From NCBI GenBank assembly GCA_963765205.1, contig CAVXVB010000007.1, positions 320,001 to 384,000 of the forward strand: DNA of 64,000 bases, written 5' to 3'. This document shows, piece after piece, positions 1 through 9,503 of this stretch (within the stretch, counting starts at the first letter, position 1; every line of letters begins with the position of its first letter). The translations under genes and the position numbers were made by a program. The stretch comes from an uncultured Verrucomicrobiae bacterium (GTDB lineage Bacteria > Verrucomicrobiota > Verrucomicrobiia > Opitutales > JABDGR01). The notes beneath the pieces were generated by a model. The model was not told the DNA's origin. It saw only the letters and a program-made list of their open reading frames with translations, and searched no databases.

Positions 1-341
1 CACTTTGATAGAGGTGGCGAAATGCGTGGACAGAATCCAATCAAAAGAACGTAAAACTCCCGCTGCGCCGTCTGCCAAAGAGTAATTTTCACAACCCACC
101 TCCGTCTTTGTGTGGGCTAGGGTTAGGACATAACTCCACCCCGGAACCTTCCGGTATTACGTCAACAATTTGCGGCTTCCCTTTAGGCGGGCAATCGCTT
201 TGGATTGCCAAAGGCATAGTTCCGAAGTCTGTCCAACCCAAAAAATATCAGAATCAAACCACGCCTTCGGAAGTCACTGAAATCGAGCAAGTTGGGGCGG
301 CTTTGGGCGAACTTGTCCAAGACTGTCCAAATGGCAAAGGG

Positions 342-425
342 TCCCCGAGGCGGGACTCGAACCCGCACGGCCGTTTAGGCCAATCAATTTTAAGTCGATA
401 GCGTCTGCCATTCCGCCACCCGGGG
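342..425 (-). tRNA. tRNA-Leu (anticodon TAA), CCA not encoded
   Basis: Minus strand reads CCCCGGG TGGCGGAATGGCAGACGC T ATCGA CT TAA AA TTGAT, then a long variable arm, GCGGGTTCGAGTCCCGC and CTCGGGG A; acceptor, D, anticodon and T stems all pair. Confidence 0.95.
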
Positions 426-453
426 AAGGGTTTTTTTGCCGGTCAATCCATTT

Positions 454-480
454 ACCACGGAGGACACAGAGAACACGGAG
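454..480. repeat. 9-nt-period repeat arm (CACGGAGRA family), solo
   Basis: ACCACGGAGGACACAGAGAACACGGAG; same family as 8579-8673 and 63964-63991. Confidence 0.8.
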
Positions 481-665
481 GCCAAGGCAATCCGGGCAAA
501 CCAGCCAACCATGCTCGCAGGCCGCGCCATCCTTGGCAGATAATCGCCCCTCCCGCCAGCGAAATTCATTTGCAATCCGGCCCCGGATGGATACAATACC
601 CAAATATGGGAGTCTGCCCCAAGACCCCGGTTGTGCCGCGCGCCCCCCACGCCGCCGACCTGCTG

Positions 666-1806
666 ATGGAACCGGATGCCGCTCCGGTCCCATCGTCTGC
701 TTTGGCTGTCGAGGCACTGCCCTCCTCCCCCCCCCCTCCCCCCGCCGAGGCGACGCCCTTCCCGCCGATTGCCCCCGAGGAAAAGTCCGCGCGCCAGACC
801 ATCGCCCGCCATCGCCAGCGCATGGACTGGGCTTTGCATGTGCCGGAATTTGAGCCGTTTTTCAAAGAAGGCCTCACCCAACTCGGCCTGCCGCCGCCGC
901 GCCGCGGCATCGGCCTGCGCGGGTTGGTGGACTCGATGATGCTCGAAGCGAAGAAGGATTTGCTGCTTTGGGTGCTGTCCGATTATCGCGGCCTCATGGC
1001 CGGCAACCGCGCCTGGCGCCTGGCCGAAAGCTGGGGCCTCGCGCGCAATGACCTGCCGTGGTTCGATACGGACATGCCCCTAAGCGCCGCGCACTGGCCC
1101 GAATTCACCACTGCCTTGCGCACCGCCATCCTGCGCGAGCATCGACGCTACAAGGAGGCGCAGGAAAAGCTCTACATTTTGCACCACGACCTGCCCGGCA
1201 AACTCGCCCTGCGCCTCGTTTATGATCCGGCCAAGCGCCCCGACGCCACGCAGGAAGGCTGCCTTGGCCTCCTCCATGCGGTGGACAAAGTGGACGACGG
1301 CGAAACGCCCTTTGCCAGCTACGCCCAGCAGTGGGTCACGCGCGCCATCCGCAATTATCTTTTGGGCGAGCGCTTCCCCGTCCACGTCCCCGTCAACCTC
1401 GCCTCGCAACTTTTGCGCGAGGCCAACCAGGCCACGCCCGACGCGCCCGCCCCTGCGCGCCCCGAACGCACCCTGCTGCAGCCCCGCGTTCCCCTCGATA
1501 TTCTCGTCGCCCCCGGCGACCGCCCGCTCGCCCTTCCCGATGAATCCGTGCCCAGCCCGCGCGACCTGCTCAACCGCCAGGAAATCCTCCGCGCCGTGCA
1601 GGACATGATCAACCAGCTTAGCGACAAGCAGCGCGAAGTCCTCGTGCGCCGCTTCGGCCTGGGCGCGGGCCACGAAGCCGAAGACGCTGATGAACATCGC
1701 GCACAGCATCGGCATTTCGCACCAGCAAGTTTCCATGCGCGAGAAGCGCGCGCTCGAAAAGCTCGGCTCCATCCTGCGCCCCGTCATCCGCGAAATGTAT
1801 GGATAA
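666..1806 (+). CDS. Alternative sigma-70 family RNA polymerase sigma factor (frameshift near 1677)
   Basis: Region 2-like DATQEGCLGLLHAVDKVDD..FASYAQQWVTRAI; region 4 LSDKQREVLVRRFGL continues in a shifted frame as KTLMNIAHSIGISHQQVSMREKRALEKL to TAA at 1804-1806. Confidence 0.8.
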
Positions 1807-2474
1807 TCCCGCCGCGGCCGCTCCTTCTGCCGTTCGGCCGGATGAGCCTGCCGGAAAGTTGCCCACTTTGATCCGCGGGGACGCGCGCATCGGCCTCTAC
1901 GGCGGTATGTTCGACCCGCCGCACCTCGGCCATATGGCCCTGGCGCGGGAGGCACTCAGCGAACTCTGGCTCGAACACCTCTTTTTCATCCCCGCCGCGC
2001 AGACGCCCCTGCGCAGCACGCCCGCCGTGGCCTCGGTGGACGACCGGCTGGAAATGCTCCGGCTCGCCATCGCCGAGGCGGCCCATCCGCGCATGGCCCT
2101 GCTCGATATTGAAGCGCGCGCGGGCGGCGTGAATTACACCGTCCACACCGTCCAGCAGTTGCAAGCCGCGTGGCCGCGCGCGCGGATGGTGTTTTTGCTC
2201 GGGTCGGGACCAATTCGCGCACCTGCATTTGTGGCACGAGCCACAGGTTCTGGCCAAAATGGTCGAATTCGCGGTGTTCGACCGCGCCAACTGCGCCAAC
2301 GCCGCGCCCAGCCCGGCGCTCGCACGCGTGTTGCAGTGGCGGCGCGTCTCCGGCGTGCAGCACCCCGCCAGCTCCTCGGAAATCCGCCGCCGCCTCAAGC
2401 AAGGCCGGAAAGTGGACGAATGGCTCCCGCGCTCCGTCGCCGCCTACATCGAGGAAAAGAAACTTTACCGCTGA
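1799..2474 (+). CDS. nadD: Nicotinate-nucleotide adenylyltransferase (frameshift near 2207)
   Basis: IGLYGGMFDPPHLGH motif, YTVHTV, LLGS-(fs)-DQ..WHEP, SSSEIRRRL, LPRSVAAYIEEKKLY; precedes rsfS. Confidence 0.9.
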
Positions 2475-2509
2475 CCCGATTTGCGCTACGCTCCACCCGC
2501 ACCCAACCC

Positions 2510-2890
2510 ATGCCCACCACCACCGCCGCCCCGCCCCGCCTGCTGCAACGCTGCTGCCAGGCCCTTGATGACAAAAAAGCGGTCGAGTTGCGCGTTTTGG
2601 ACGTCTCCGGGCAATCCACGATCACGAATTATTTGATTATCGCCACGGCCACTTCCTCGCCGCACCTCAAGGCGTTGCGCCAGGCGATCAAGGACACGCT
2701 GGACGAGGAGCGCGCGCCCCTGGCCGGCGTCGAATTCAGCGCCGAAAGCGGCTGGCTCGTGGTGGACGCCTTCGAGATCATGGTCCATCTCTTCCTGCCC
2801 GACCAGCGCGACCACTTCCGCCTCGAATCCCTCTGGAAGGACGCCCGTGACCTCGACGTGCGTGATTTGCTCAAAACCCCCAAAAAGTAA
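2510..2890 (+). CDS. rsfS: Ribosome silencing factor
   Basis: ALDDKKAVELRVLDV, IIATATS, GWLVVD, VHLF, RDHFRLESLW. Confidence 0.92.
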   Translation: MPTTTAAPPRLLQRCCQALDDKKAVELRVLDVSGQSTITNYLIIATATSSPHLKALRQAIKDTLDEERAPLAGVEFSAESGWLVVDAFEIMVHLFLPDQRDHFRLESLWKDARDLDVRDLLKTPKK

Positions 2891-2963
2891 AACGAGCAGG
2901 ATTGTGAGTGATGGGAGGAATATGAAGTATGCAGTTGACGTTCACGCCTTGCCTCCGCTCTTG

Positions 2964-3038
2964 ACTCCACACTTCACCCTTCACGCTCCCCACTCTGCCC
3001 TCCGCATTCAGAATTCAGAATTCCGCACTCAGCATTTC
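2964..3038. repeat. 7-nt-period repeat arms (ACTYCAC and ATTCAGA families) directly upstream of the methyltransferase start
   Basis: ACTCCACACTTCACCCTTCACGCTCCCC...GCATTCAGAATTCAGAATTCCGCACTCAGCATTT. Confidence 0.7.
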
Positions 3039-3041
3039 CCC

Positions 3042-3746
3042 ATGAAATCCACGCCTTGGCATAAGCGCCGCAACCGCCGCGAACCGCTCAAATACACCGC
3101 CCTGACCGACCGGCTTTACCGCTACGTCATCCAATGCCGCAGCGGCGTGGATGACCCGGTGCTCGAAGACTTGCGCGCGGAAACCCGCCGTCTTTTTCCC
3201 GAGGCCGCCCCGATGCAAATCTCGCGCGACCAGGGCACGCTGATGACGCTGCTGGTCGCCGCGCTCGGCGTGTATCATGCGATTGAAATCGGCACCTTCA
3301 CCGGTTGCAGCGCCATTTGCACCGCGCGTGGCCTGCCCGCCGGCGGCAAGCTGCTCTGCCTCGACCAAAGCGGGGAGTGGACGACCCTCGCGCGCGAATA
3401 CTGGGTGAAGGCCGGCGTGGAGGAAAAAATCGAGCTGCGCCTCGGCCCGGCCCTCGCCTCGCTCAAAAAACTGGAAAAGAAATGGCGCTTCGACTTCGCC
3501 TTCCTCGACGCCGACAAGACGGAATACGACGCTTATTATGAAATGATTATGCCGCGGATGCGCCCCAACGGGCTGATCCTCTTCGACAACATGCTCTGGG
3601 GCGGGCGCCTGGGCCGGGCGGTCCGGCACCCCGCCGGCCGCGCGATTGACGCCCTCAACCGCAAACTCGCCTGCGACCCCCGCGTCGAGTCGGTCCTCCT
3701 GCCCATCAGCGACGGTGTGACGATCTGCCGCGTGCTGGGGCGGTAG
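3042..3746 (+). CDS. SAM-dependent O-methyltransferase (caffeoyl-CoA OMT-like)
   Basis: MQIS..QG, IEIGTFTGCS, FDFAFLDADK, GLILFDNMLW, LPISDGVT. Confidence 0.9.
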   Translation: MKSTPWHKRRNRREPLKYTALTDRLYRYVIQCRSGVDDPVLEDLRAETRRLFPEAAPMQISRDQGTLMTLLVAALGVYHAIEIGTFTGCSAICTARGLPAGGKLLCLDQSGEWTTLAREYWVKAGVEEKIELRLGPALASLKKLEKKWRFDFAFLDADKTEYDAYYEMIMPRMRPNGLILFDNMLWGGRLGRAVRHPAGRAIDALNRKLACDPRVESVLLPISDGVTICRVLGR

Positions 3747-3791
3747 TTCGCGAACGCTTGCCAAGCCCGTGATTTTGGTTATTTTAGTTTC

Positions 3792-3965
3792 ATGAGCACG
3801 GTGATCGAAATCAAGGCGGCCATTGACCGCCTCACCCCGCAAGAACGGTGTGAGTTGGAGGCCTTGCTGCACCCCTGGCCGGACGATTTTTGGGACGAGC
3901 AGATGGCCGCCGACGCCGAACCGGGCGGCAAATTGCACCGCTTGGCGCACGCGCAGCAGAAGTAG
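3792..3965 (+). CDS. Small hypothetical protein, antitoxin-like (57 aa, not in ORF track)
   Basis: MSTVIEIKAAIDRLTPQERCELEALLHPWPDDFWDEQMAADAEPGGKLHRLAHAQQK; N-terminus resembles the antitoxin at 41373-41576. Confidence 0.6.
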   Translation: MSTVIEIKAAIDRLTPQERCELEALLHPWPDDFWDEQMAADAEPGGKLHRLAHAQQK

Positions 3966-3972
3966 CTTAACC

Positions 3973-4548
3973 TCAATTCACCGACGGGTCCTCCGGGGCG
4001 TCGGCGCGAAAGAGCAGTTCGGGCTTCACCCGCGCGAGGAGGTGTTTCCATAATCCTTCGCCGTGTTCTTGCTGGAGGTTCGGGCTGTCAATCGGCGCGA
4101 GCACCCACGATTTGTGCCGCAATTCGTGTTCGAGCTGCCCGCTCGTCCAGCCGGAATAGCCGAGGAAGCCGCGCACTTCCGTGCCGGGTTCGTTTTCGAG
4201 CAACTCGGCGGCCTTCTCCGCGCTGATGCCGAAATGCAGCCGGAACACGCCCGTCTCCAAATTCCATTGCCAGGCCGAGAGCAGCATCTGCTCCTTCGCC
4301 ACCGGGCCGCCGCAATACAGCTTCACGTTCGCCAGCGGCCCGTAGGCAAATTCGCCGTGCGCCTCGCCGAGCGTCCGCTCGAGCGGCTGGTTGACGATGA
4401 CGCCCAGCGCGCCATCCTCCGCCGAGTGCGCGGAGATGAGCACGACCGCGCGCCGGAAATTCCCGTCGTGCAAATCCGGGTGCGCCAGCAGAAGCGAGCC
4501 GGCGACGGTCGGGACATCGGTGGCGGAGGTTCGCGTGCTCATGCGCAT
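3973..4548 (-). CDS. YqgE/AlgH family protein (UPF0301)
   Basis: LLLAHP.L.D.NF.RAVVLI..H...GALGVIVN.P, GGPV, FLGYSGWTSGQLE.E. Confidence 0.92.
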   Translation of the reverse strand: MRMSTRTSATDVPTVAGSLLLAHPDLHDGNFRRAVVLISAHSAEDGALGVIVNQPLERTLGEAHGEFAYGPLANVKLYCGGPVAKEQMLLSAWQWNLETGVFRLHFGISAEKAAELLENEPGTEVRGFLGYSGWTSGQLEHELRHKSWVLAPIDSPNLQQEHGEGLWKHLLARVKPELLFRADAPEDPSVN

Positions 4549-4581
4549 GGGAGGTTAAAAAGTGAGACACCGCGGGCGGCG

Positions 4582-5110
4582 TCACAGTTGCGTCAATTCA
4601 ATGCGCGATTCCTTCAGCAATTCCCGGACCAGCGCGTCGTTGCGGTAGTCGAGGTGGTATTTGATGGCGCGCACGCCGGCGGCGGCGAAAATTTTCGTGC
4701 AGTTGACGCACGGGAAATGCGTGACGTAGGCCGTCGCGCCGTTGACGCTCACGCCCCGGCGCGCGGCGTCGGTGATGGCGTTCTGCTCGGCGTGGACGGT
4801 CGCCTGCTCGTGGTTGTCGCGCATCCGCGAGATGTGCGGCGCGCCCGGCAGGAAGCCGTTGTAGCCCGCGGCGACGACGCGGTTCTTGTGCTCCCCCGCC
4901 GACACCAGCACGCAGCCCACATGCAGCCGCTCGCACGCCGAGCGCGAGGAAATCAGCAGCGCCATCGCCATAAAATATTCGTCCCACGACGGACCGCCCG
5001 CCCGGCAAATGGGCGACCAGCTCGCGCATCTGCGCCACCAAACCAGCGCCCGCGGGCGACGCGCCGGGCAGCGTGAATTCCGCCAGTTCGGCGGGATCGG
5101 GCAGGGTCAT
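4582..5110 (-). CDS. dCMP deaminase / ComEB family (frameshift near 4997)
   Basis: PSWDEYFMAMALLISSRSAC, GYNG, HAEQNAI and FPCVNC zinc deaminase motifs. Confidence 0.88.
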
Positions 5111-5244
5111 CGGCGGAATCGCGCTCACGCAAAAACAATGCCGGGTCTCGGTGCGCTCCGCAACATTGAAAACGCAGGGCCGGGCCGAAAATAATCTCGT
5201 CAGCCTGGGCGCCCGGGCATATTTTCTCTCGGTCTCCTTACCCC

Positions 5245-6567
5245 ATGAATGTTTCCGGACCAAGCCGGCGTGATTTCCTGAAGCTGGCCGGCGCTGCCAC
5301 CGTCACCGCGTTGTTGCCCTCCCGGCTGCGCGCCGCATCGGCTCCGGCGACCACGCCTACGCCATCCGCCGTGTCGCCAGTCCGTCCCTTTGAAATCGGC
5401 GGCAGTGTTTTTGCCTGGGACTTGCATGATGAGGGCGTCGAGAAAGTGCTCGATAATATGCAGGAGATGTCGGCGATTAACTCAATTTACATCGTCGGGC
5501 TGATGCACCCGGAAAAGCGGCCGCTCACCAGGGGCGTTTTCCCACACAATCCCATGCGCCAGACCTGGACCGCTGAGGACGCCCGCATTTACTGGCACCC
5601 CGACCTCCCGCGCTACGGCCGCATTAAGCCGCGCCTCTCCGACCACGACTGGTTGAACCAAACGGATTGGGTCCACGTGCTGGTGGATGCGGCGCGCAAA
5701 CGCGGGCTGCAAGTCGGCGTCGAAATTTCCCATGCGCTGGTGGACAAGGAACGCGCCGAGGGCGAATTCGCCGACGTGGTCGAGCGCAATATTCACGGCG
5801 AAATCACCCATGTCCGCGATTGGCTGCGCCCTTTGTGCCCGAATCATCCCGACACGCGCGCCTACGCGCTCGCGCTGTTTTCCGACCTCGTGGCGAACTA
5901 CCATCCCGACTTTGTCATGTCCTGCACGGTTTCGATGGACGAAGGCGGCCCGGACAAGGGCGCGTGTTTCTGCGCCGCCTGCAAAAAGGCGGCGGCGGCG
6001 CAAGGCTTCGATCTTGAGAAGGCCCAGGCCGCCCTCTTGGCCGACCCGCGCGCCCAGCCCGCCGCGGACCAATGGCAGAACTTCCGCTGCGATTCCGTCG
6101 CGCGCTATTACGCGGCCATCCACGACGCCATCCGCCCGCTCCAGCCGAACATTGACCTGCGCTACAACATGCATCAAACAGCGCGCAACCCGCTCGACTG
6201 GGGCGTGGACATCGTCAAAATGAAACCGCACCTCGGCTCGCTGCGCATCATGGATTACGCCGAGCAAGCCGGCGTCGCCTCGGCCCTCCTGGCCAAGCGC
6301 CAATGGCTCACCGAGAACCGGCAAAAACTCGGCCCGGATTTCTGGATCGTGTCCGCGGTGGCCGTGCGCCCGAAAGCCACGCCGGACTTGATCGAGCAAA
6401 GCGTCCAGCTCTGCGTGGACTGCGCGATGAACGGCATTGTGCTCGCGCAATACGACGGCGCCGACTTCCCCAACCTGCGCGCCATCCGCGCCGGCCTCGC
6501 CGCCGCAAAAATTCCGGTGCCGCCCGCCCCGCCTGCACCCGCGCCCACATCCACGCCGCCCGCTTAA
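5245..6567 (+). CDS. Tat-exported hypothetical protein, probable TIM-barrel glycoside hydrolase-like
   Basis: SRRDFLK twin-arginine signal; LCPNHPD..AY and CFCAAC motifs; distant paralog of 26697-28220. Confidence 0.65.
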   Translation: MNVSGPSRRDFLKLAGAATVTALLPSRLRAASAPATTPTPSAVSPVRPFEIGGSVFAWDLHDEGVEKVLDNMQEMSAINSIYIVGLMHPEKRPLTRGVFPHNPMRQTWTAEDARIYWHPDLPRYGRIKPRLSDHDWLNQTDWVHVLVDAARKRGLQVGVEISHALVDKERAEGEFADVVERNIHGEITHVRDWLRPLCPNHPDTRAYALALFSDLVANYHPDFVMSCTVSMDEGGPDKGACFCAACKKAAAAQGFDLEKAQAALLADPRAQPAADQWQNFRCDSVARYYAAIHDAIRPLQPNIDLRYNMHQTARNPLDWGVDIVKMKPHLGSLRIMDYAEQAGVASALLAKRQWLTENRQKLGPDFWIVSAVAVRPKATPDLIEQSVQLCVDCAMNGIVLAQYDGADFPNLRAIRAGLAAAKIPVPPAPPAPAPTSTPPA

Positions 6568-6607
6568 CCGCCAGCTTCGGCCATCCAAAAAGTTCGGCAA
6601 AAAGGCG

Positions 6608-6704
6608 ACCACGGATGACACGGATAGCACGGATAAATCCTCCCCCGCCATAAATCCGTGCTATCCGTGTAACTCCCGGCGCGAGCGCCTGGGTTATCCG
6701 TGGT
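6608..6704. repeat. Inverted pair of 9-nt-period repeat arms (CACGGAT family)
   Basis: ACCACGGATGACACGGATAGCACGGAT ... ATCCGTGCTATCCGTGT..ATCCGTGGT, between convergent genes. Confidence 0.85.
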
Positions 6705-6730
6705 AAAAAATCTGCGCGATTTGGTCTTGG

Positions 6731-6775
6731 CCCCTCAGTCGCCTCAGTGCCTTTGTGCCTCAGTCCCTTTGTCCC
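6731..6775. repeat. 8-nt-period repeat arm
   Basis: GCCTCAGT GCCTTTGT GCCTCAGT CCCTTTGT CCC. Confidence 0.65.
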
Positions 6776-6777
6776 TT

Positions 6778-7152
6778 CTACAAATTAAAGCTTTCCCCGC
6801 ACGAGCAACTCCCCTTGGCATTGGGATTCGTGAACTTGAACCCGCCGCCGATGAGTTCCTTCGAGTAATCCAGCACGGTGCCCTTGAAGTAAAGCGCGCT
6901 CTTCGTGTCCACCAACACCTGCGCGCCCGCACTGTGGACGAGGATGTCGCCGCGCTTCGCCTCGGGGGTGAAGCGCATCTTGTAACTCAGCCCGTTGCAG
7001 CCGCCGCCGGTGATGGCCACGCGCAGAAATTCGCCCTGCGCGTCGCGCGCGATCAGGCTGCGCACCTTCTCCCCCGCCGCGGGCGTGAGGGTGACGAGCC
7101 GTTCGTCGCCGACGCGGACGCCCTCGGGCAGGGCTAGGGTGGTCTCAGGCAT
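6778..7152 (-). CDS. HesB/IscA iron-sulfur cluster assembly accessory protein
   Basis: LRVAITGGGCNGLSY, LDY..GGGFKF.NPNA..SCSCGESF. Confidence 0.95.
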   Translation of the reverse strand: MPETTLALPEGVRVGDERLVTLTPAAGEKVRSLIARDAQGEFLRVAITGGGCNGLSYKMRFTPEAKRGDILVHSAGAQVLVDTKSALYFKGTVLDYSKELIGGGFKFTNPNAKGSCSCGESFNL

Positions 7153-7287
7153 TTTCACAACAAACCAGTATCCCGCAACGCGGCGCTATTGTCAACCCGC
7201 GCGCGGCAGTGGAAATGGGCCACTTTGAATATATTGGCCTTGGAATATTTGCTCGACGGAGAATGCAGGGCTTTATAAAGTGTAAAC

Positions 7288-7656
7288 ATGAATTTCGACT
7301 TGGACGCGATCATCTGGTGGGAGAAGAGGCGAATATTATTCAATGTTGTTGTATTGGTTGCCGGGTCAATTACCGTGGCACTTATTGAGGTTATCGGAAG
7401 TCGTTTTGTGAAGCCCGGTGAGGATGTTGAAGAGCCGTTGGGGCTGATTATTGGCGTCGTCGCTTATGCCTTGGCGGCAAATGTCTGTTATACTCTGGGC
7501 TGGATAACTGAACTGCTATGGGGATCCGAAGATGTGGTCGGGCTGGAAGTTAAACGCCAAAAAATATTTCGTTTGGGCATGGCGTTTTCAGTTATCTTGA
7601 CCCTTTCGCCAGCAGTTCTTCTTCCCCTACTTTGGTCTATCTTGGGCGTTTCATAA
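7288..7656 (+). CDS. Hypothetical membrane protein, lower GC than flanks
   Basis: Three hydrophobic segments, WWEKRR and ANVCYTLGW motifs, AT-richer codons. Confidence 0.7.
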   Translation: MNFDLDAIIWWEKRRILFNVVVLVAGSITVALIEVIGSRFVKPGEDVEEPLGLIIGVVAYALAANVCYTLGWITELLWGSEDVVGLEVKRQKIFRLGMAFSVILTLSPAVLLPLLWSILGVS

Positions 7657-7668
7657 GTTTTCGAATGG

Positions 7669-8584
7669 TCATTGCCCCGCCAGCACCCGCGCGAGCGCCA
7701 CGGCGTTCGCAAAACTTTTCCAACTCGCTTTGCCTTGGCCGGCGATGCTGAAGGCCGTGCCATGGTCGGGGCTGGTGCGCACCCAGGGCAGGCCGAGCGT
7801 GATGTTGACCGATTCCTCAAAATCCACCGTCTTCAGCGGCGCGAGGCCCTGGTCGTGGTAGAGCGCGACGACGACGTTGAACTCACCGCGCAGTTGCCGC
7901 CAGAACGCCGTGTCGCCCGGCTCGCATTGCGAGAGCTTGGGAAAACGCGCGCGCAATTTATCCAGCCACGGGCCGAGCCGGTCGCGCTCGTCCCCGCCGA
8001 GCAGGCCGCCTTCGCCCGCGTGCGGATTCAGCCCGCAGACGGCGATGCGCGGCTCGGGCGCGCCCAGCGCGCGGGCAAGGTGCGCGGCCTGCGTCACCGC
8101 GCGCGCGAGGCAGGCTTCGTCGAGCGCGCGGGCGACCTCCATTAGAGGAATATGCCACGTCGCCAGCACGACGCGCAATTTACCGCCCGCGAACCCCATG
8201 GACGGCTCGCCGCCCCAGCGCGCCGCAAAAAATTCCGTCTGCCCGGGAAACGCAAAGCCCGCCTGTTGCATCCAGCTTTTGGAAACCGGCCCGGTCACCG
8301 CCGCCGCGAATTTCCCCGCACGGCAGCCCGCCGCCACCGCTTCAAGCGCCGCCAGCGCAACCGCCGCGCCGGCGACCGTGGGCCGGCCCGGCTCGGCGGA
8401 AAAATCGGCCGGCCCGACGGCCTCGCCCGCGACGTTCGAGCGCATCCAGCCACCGCCGCGGCCCGATGGGCGTGACGCGTGCGGCCTCCGCTAAATTCGC
8501 GCGCAGCCATGCCGCGATGATCTCCGGCCCGACGCCGGAGGGATCGCCGCAGGTGAGCGCCAAAGGCAAAGAAGATTGAACCAC
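7669..8584 (-). CDS. pdxA: 4-hydroxythreonine-4-phosphate dehydrogenase (frameshift near 8460)
   Basis: LALTCGDPSGVGPEI, VTGPVSK, FPGQTEF, GLNPHAGE, YHDQGL, NITLGLPWVRTSPDHGTA; start codon uncertain. Confidence 0.9.
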
Positions 8585-8673
8585 GGAGGACACGGAGAGC
8601 ACGGAGTGAGGGTTTTATAAGTCAGCGCAGAATATACTACATCTTCTCCGTGTTCTCAGTGCCCTCCGTGGTT
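8579..8673. repeat. Inverted pair of 9-nt-period arms spanning the lpxA-pdxA junction
   Basis: 8579-8606 versus reverse complement of 8646-8673: 25 of 28 identical. Confidence 0.9.
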
Positions 8674-9446
8674 ACAACTCGGGTCGGCGTCAAGAATCCG
8701 CGTTTGCCGCCGGCGAAAAACGCGAGGAATTTCTTCCCCGCATCTGTCTGCGCCAGCGGCGCGGCGGCGGCGGCGTTCGCGCGTGGCGCGCCGCCTTGGT
8801 AAACCGTTTTATAGAGCAGCTTCAATTCGGCGAGGGTGGCCGCGTCGCAGCCTCGGCGCTTTAGCCCGACGAGGTTGAAGCCGTGGAGTTCGTTGCGCTC
8901 GGTGGCAAGCGTGAACGGCGGAATGTCCAGCCCGATGCGCGCGTTGCCGCTGACCATGACGCCTTCGCCGATGCGGATGAATTGGTGGAACACCGTGCCG
9001 CCGCTGAGAAAACTTCCTTCGCCGACCTCGATGTGCCCGGCCAGCAGCGCGCCGTTGGCCAGGACGACCTTGGCGCCGACTTTGCAATCGTGCCCGACGT
9101 GGCTATTGCCCATGAGCAACGCGCCCGCGCCGACTTCGGTAAAGCCGCCCGGCTTCGTCGCGCGATGCACCGTCGCGCCTTCGCGCAACACCGCGCCGTC
9201 GCCGAGGCGCACGCCGCTGGGCGTGGCCGGGTCGAACTTAAAGTCCTGCGGGTCGCCGCCGACGACCGCGAAACTGTCCAACCGCACGCCGCGCCCGAGG
9301 ATCGAGCCGCGCCGCACGATGCTGTGCGCCGCGAGCACGCAACCCTCGCCGATTTCCACGCCGTCCTCGACGATGGCATACGGCCCGACGCTGACGTTGG
9401 CGCCGAGTTTCGCACTGGGATGAATAATGGCGGTCGGGTGGATCAC
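8637..9446 (-). CDS. lpxA: UDP-N-acetylglucosamine O-acyltransferase
   Basis: MIHPTAIIHP, hexapeptide repeats, GGDPQD.K, TVHRAT, HVGHDC, LAGH, FHQF, NLVGLKRRG. Confidence 0.95.
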   Translation of the reverse strand: MIHPTAIIHPSAKLGANVSVGPYAIVEDGVEIGEGCVLAAHSIVRRGSILGRGVRLDSFAVVGGDPQDFKFDPATPSGVRLGDGAVLREGATVHRATKPGGFTEVGAGALLMGNSHVGHDCKVGAKVVLANGALLAGHIEVGEGSFLSGGTVFHQFIRIGEGVMVSGNARIGLDIPPFTLATERNELHGFNLVGLKRRGCDAATLAELKLLYKTVYQGGAPRANAAAAAPLAQTDAGKKFLAFFAGGKRGFLTPTRVVTTEGTENTEKM

Positions 9447-9478
9447 AAATTAAGAATTATGAATTAAGATTTAAGAAG
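9447..9478. repeat. 7-nt-period arm (ATTAAGA family) abutting the lpxA start
   Basis: AAATTAAGAATTATGAATTAAGATTTAAGAAG. Confidence 0.8.
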
Positions 9479-9503
9479 TAAAACAAAACCGCGATTGGGC
9501 GGC

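Noticed and set aside
108..401. ORFs overlapping the tRNA and its 3' flank
   Set aside because: They overlap the tRNA and show no protein motifs
1799..2890. Apparent NadD-RsfS fusion ORF
   Set aside because: Produced by the nadD frameshift; the true NadD C-terminus ends at 2474 in another frame and rsfS has its own ATG at 2510
7215..7670. TIR/TSD-bounded element around the low-GC membrane gene (also checked 12803-13300)
   Set aside because: Only weak end similarity, no direct repeat and no attC-like end
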